From Candidatus Zixiibacteriota bacterium (GTDB lineage: Bacteria > Zixibacteria > MSB-5A5 > CAIYYT01): a stretch of 21,926 nucleotides of DNA. Each line of letters starts with the position of its first letter. The first letter of the stretch is position 1. The stretch is taken from the NCBI GenBank assembly GCA_040235515.1, contig JBECKX010000097.1, forward strand, positions 1 to 21,926. The letters are read 5' to 3'. The notes under the pieces are model-generated. The model did not search any database and had not been told where the DNA came from. It worked only from the letters and a program-made list of their open reading frames with translations. Made by a program: the position numbers and the translations under genes. Below are positions 19,835-21,926 of this stretch, piece after piece.

Positions 19835-20491
19835 ATGAAAACCGCCGTACCTGTCATTATTGCTTTTCTCTCCGGTCTCGCCATGATTCTGGCGTTCTTC
19901 CTTAATCCTGAGAAATTCGGTGATATCGAAGGGGAGATGCTCCAGTGGGCGACAATCATCGCAGGCTTCACTCTGCTTCTCGGAGTAGTCTCCATCGTGC
20001 GCGTCAACTGGCGCTCGGTGAAGCGACTCGAAAGCGGGTGGTTCAATAAAGCTGCGCTTCTCTTCGCACTCTTCATCACCGCGATTCCCGCTGTTATCCC
20101 GGTGAGTTGGTCACCACTCTTCGGCCGCGATAACGGATCGATCTATGATTGGCTCTTCACCTATCCCAATGCCCAGATGCAGTCAACCATGTTTGCGATG
20201 CTGGCCTTCTACATTGCCTCGGCAGCCTACAGGGCCTTCCGCGCCAGAACGACCGAGGCGACCCTGCTCCTGCTGACCGCGGTTATTGTGATGCTCTGGC
20301 GCATTCCGATGGGTGAGTCGGTTTTTGCGGCGATCAGCCCCGACCTGCCGGACCTGATCAACACCTACGTGATGGGAGGCGTCAATGTCGCCGTCCAGCG
20401 CGGTATTATCATCGGCGGGGCACTTGGTGCAGCAGCTACGGCGCTGCGCGTCATCCTCGGTATCGAACGCACATATATGGGGAGAAACTAG
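19835..20491 (+). CDS. Uncharacterised polytopic membrane protein, 218 aa
   Basis: About 6 hydrophobic segments; motifs TMFAMLAFYIASAAYRAFRAR..EA.LLL and RGI.IG.ALG.....LR.ILG.ER.Y. Confidence 0.8.
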   Translation: MKTAVPVIIAFLSGLAMILAFFLNPEKFGDIEGEMLQWATIIAGFTLLLGVVSIVRVNWRSVKRLESGWFNKAALLFALFITAIPAVIPVSWSPLFGRDNGSIYDWLFTYPNAQMQSTMFAMLAFYIASAAYRAFRARTTEATLLLLTAVIVMLWRIPMGESVFAAISPDLPDLINTYVMGGVNVAVQRGIIIGGALGAAATALRVILGIERTYMGRN

Positions 20492-20494
20492 ATC

Positions 20495-21328
20495 GTGAAT
20501 ATCTGGGAGAAACTGGGAACGCTCGATCGCCGCTGGGTCTATCTCGCAGTCGGTATCATGGTGATCATCCCGCTCTTCGTTCCGCTAAAGCTTCCGATCG
20601 GTATCACCCCGGAAGCCCGCGCCCTCTACAATTCCGTGGAGGCGCTCCCCGATAGCTCGGTCGTACTGCTGACCTTTGACTACTATGCTTCCACCGTTGC
20701 CGAGAGTCAGCCGATCTCCGTCGCCGCCCTGCATCACCTCTTCCGCAAGAACATGAAGATCGTCACGATGACGACCATCCCGCTCGGCGGTCCGACGATC
20801 GCCCAGAACGTGATGGCCGAAATGGCGGAGATGTACGGGAAGAGCTATGGCACCGACTATGTCAATCTCGGCTACAAAGCGAACTACACCGCCGTCCTCA
20901 AAGGTATGGGGATCGCGATCGAAAACATCTATCCCACCGATCAGCATGGCACGCCGCTGGATCAGCTCCCGTTGATGCAGAAGGTGAAGAACTACGCCGA
21001 CATCGACTACATTTTTGTCGTGGCGGACAACGCGATTCTCGATTACTGGGTTTCGATCGTCAATGCTCAATATGGTAAGCCGATCGGGGCGGGAACTACC
21101 GCGGTCATGGCTCCGAAATTCTATAGTTTCGTGCAGTCAGGACAAATGGCTGGATTGCTGGGCGGCATGAAAGGCGCCGCAGAGTACGAGTTGCTCGTCG
21201 GCAAGCCGGACAAGGCGATTCTGGGGATGAACTCCCAGTCGCTCGTACACCTGCTGATCATAGCTTTCGTCATAGTCGGAAACATCGCTCTTTTCACTTC
21301 AGGCAGGAGACAGCGGATCGATGTTTGA
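20495..21328 (+). CDS. Uncharacterised protein with N- and C-terminal TM anchors and a central soluble alpha/beta domain, 277 aa
   Basis: GTG start 3 nt after the previous stop, GGGAG upstream; motifs DRRW.Y, YG.DYVNLGY, GQ..GLLGGMKGAAEYE and GM.SQS..HL.II. Confidence 0.8.
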   Translation: MNIWEKLGTLDRRWVYLAVGIMVIIPLFVPLKLPIGITPEARALYNSVEALPDSSVVLLTFDYYASTVAESQPISVAALHHLFRKNMKIVTMTTIPLGGPTIAQNVMAEMAEMYGKSYGTDYVNLGYKANYTAVLKGMGIAIENIYPTDQHGTPLDQLPLMQKVKNYADIDYIFVVADNAILDYWVSIVNAQYGKPIGAGTTAVMAPKFYSFVQSGQMAGLLGGMKGAAEYELLVGKPDKAILGMNSQSLVHLLIIAFVIVGNIALFTSGRRQRIDV

Positions 21329-21926
21329 TTGGACTATCATCGGGACCTGGGTAGCAGGATTTTTCACCCTCTGCCTCTTTTCATTTCTCTATAAGGACAA
21401 TCCTTTCTATCGACTGGCGGAGCATATCTTCGCCGGGCTATCGGCGGGCTACTATATTGGCTTGATCTACCACTCGGTAATCCTGGCGCAGCTCGTGGAA
21501 CCGATCGGCGAACACTGGGCGCAGGCGGCTGCCCCGGGACCCGATACGGGTTACCACATCATGAAGGTAGCCTTCCTGTTGTTTGCCGGACTGATGGGTG
21601 TGCTGATGTTCGCACGCTTCTTCCCCAAAGTTTCCTGGATTTCCCGCTACCCGCTGGCATTCGTGATGGGGAACACCGCCGGTATCGAGATCATGTCGCG
21701 TCTGCACGGCATGGTGCTGCCGCAGATGCGCTCGACGTTCGTCGATCTGGGAGTCTCCTTCGGACCGCTGCTGTTGAATCTCGTGATCCTCTTCGGCGTC
21801 TTAACCACGTTGATCTATTTCTATTTCTCGAAAGAGCATAAGGGGCTGCTTGGCTTCAGTGCCCGCGTCGGCATCTACTTCATAATGATTGCTTTCGGCG
21901 CCCACTTCGGTTACACTGTCATGGCG
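21321..21926 (+). CDS. Uncharacterised polytopic membrane protein, 3'-truncated by the window end (at least 202 aa)
   Basis: Absent from the ORF track because it has no stop. ATG 21321 follows AGGAG and overlaps the previous gene by 8 nt. It is open to the end: MFDWTIIGTWVAGFFTLCLFSFLYKDNPFYRLAEHIFAGLSAGY...SWISRYPLAFVMG...TLIYFYFSKEHKG...RVGIYFIMIAFGAHFGYTVMA. Confidence 0.85.
   Translation, partial: MFDWTIIGTWVAGFFTLCLFSFLYKDNPFYRLAEHIFAGLSAGYYIGLIYHSVILAQLVEPIGEHWAQAAAPGPDTGYHIMKVAFLLFAGLMGVLMFARFFPKVSWISRYPLAFVMGNTAGIEIMSRLHGMVLPQMRSTFVDLGVSFGPLLLNLVILFGVLTTLIYFYFSKEHKGLLGFSARVGIYFIMIAFGAHFGYTVMA

Noticed and set aside
18926..21926. PTS EIIC/EIID, ABC permease or Rnf/Nqr assignment for the terminal genes
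   Set aside because: I recognise none of those family motifs, and there is no ATPase, flavin-attachment or Fe-S signature.

Overview
Bacterial chromosomal window of fairly high GC, most likely from a Zixibacteria-like (FCB group) anaerobe; this is inferred from the duplicated dockerin-like 'GDxDxSGxISIGDAVFLINYIFGGGPxP' C-terminal module. In order it holds: a palindrome-rich repeat region (1-655); a minus-strand iorA-iorB-buk cluster (amino-acid fermentation); a second intergenic cluster of diverse REP-like palindromes (about 4350-4810); two paralogous lower-GC Ig-fold lipoproteins; hemW; a GT-C (PMT/ArnT-like) glycosyltransferase fused to TPRs; a secreted FG-GAP/VCBS repeat protein; and a long plus-strand run obgE-dprA-ptsH-ptsI-pgi/pmi followed by four uncharacterised membrane genes. 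The first of these four is DUF6754-like, and the last is missing from the ORF track because it runs off the window. This four-gene module is the best candidate for an undescribed system, probably a multi-subunit transporter. Other notable signals are the mixed REP-like clusters with covarying hairpins and three promoters that imply near-leaderless mRNAs. I found no tRNA, rRNA, CRISPR array or transposase. Family assignments come from motif recognition only; no database searches were run.
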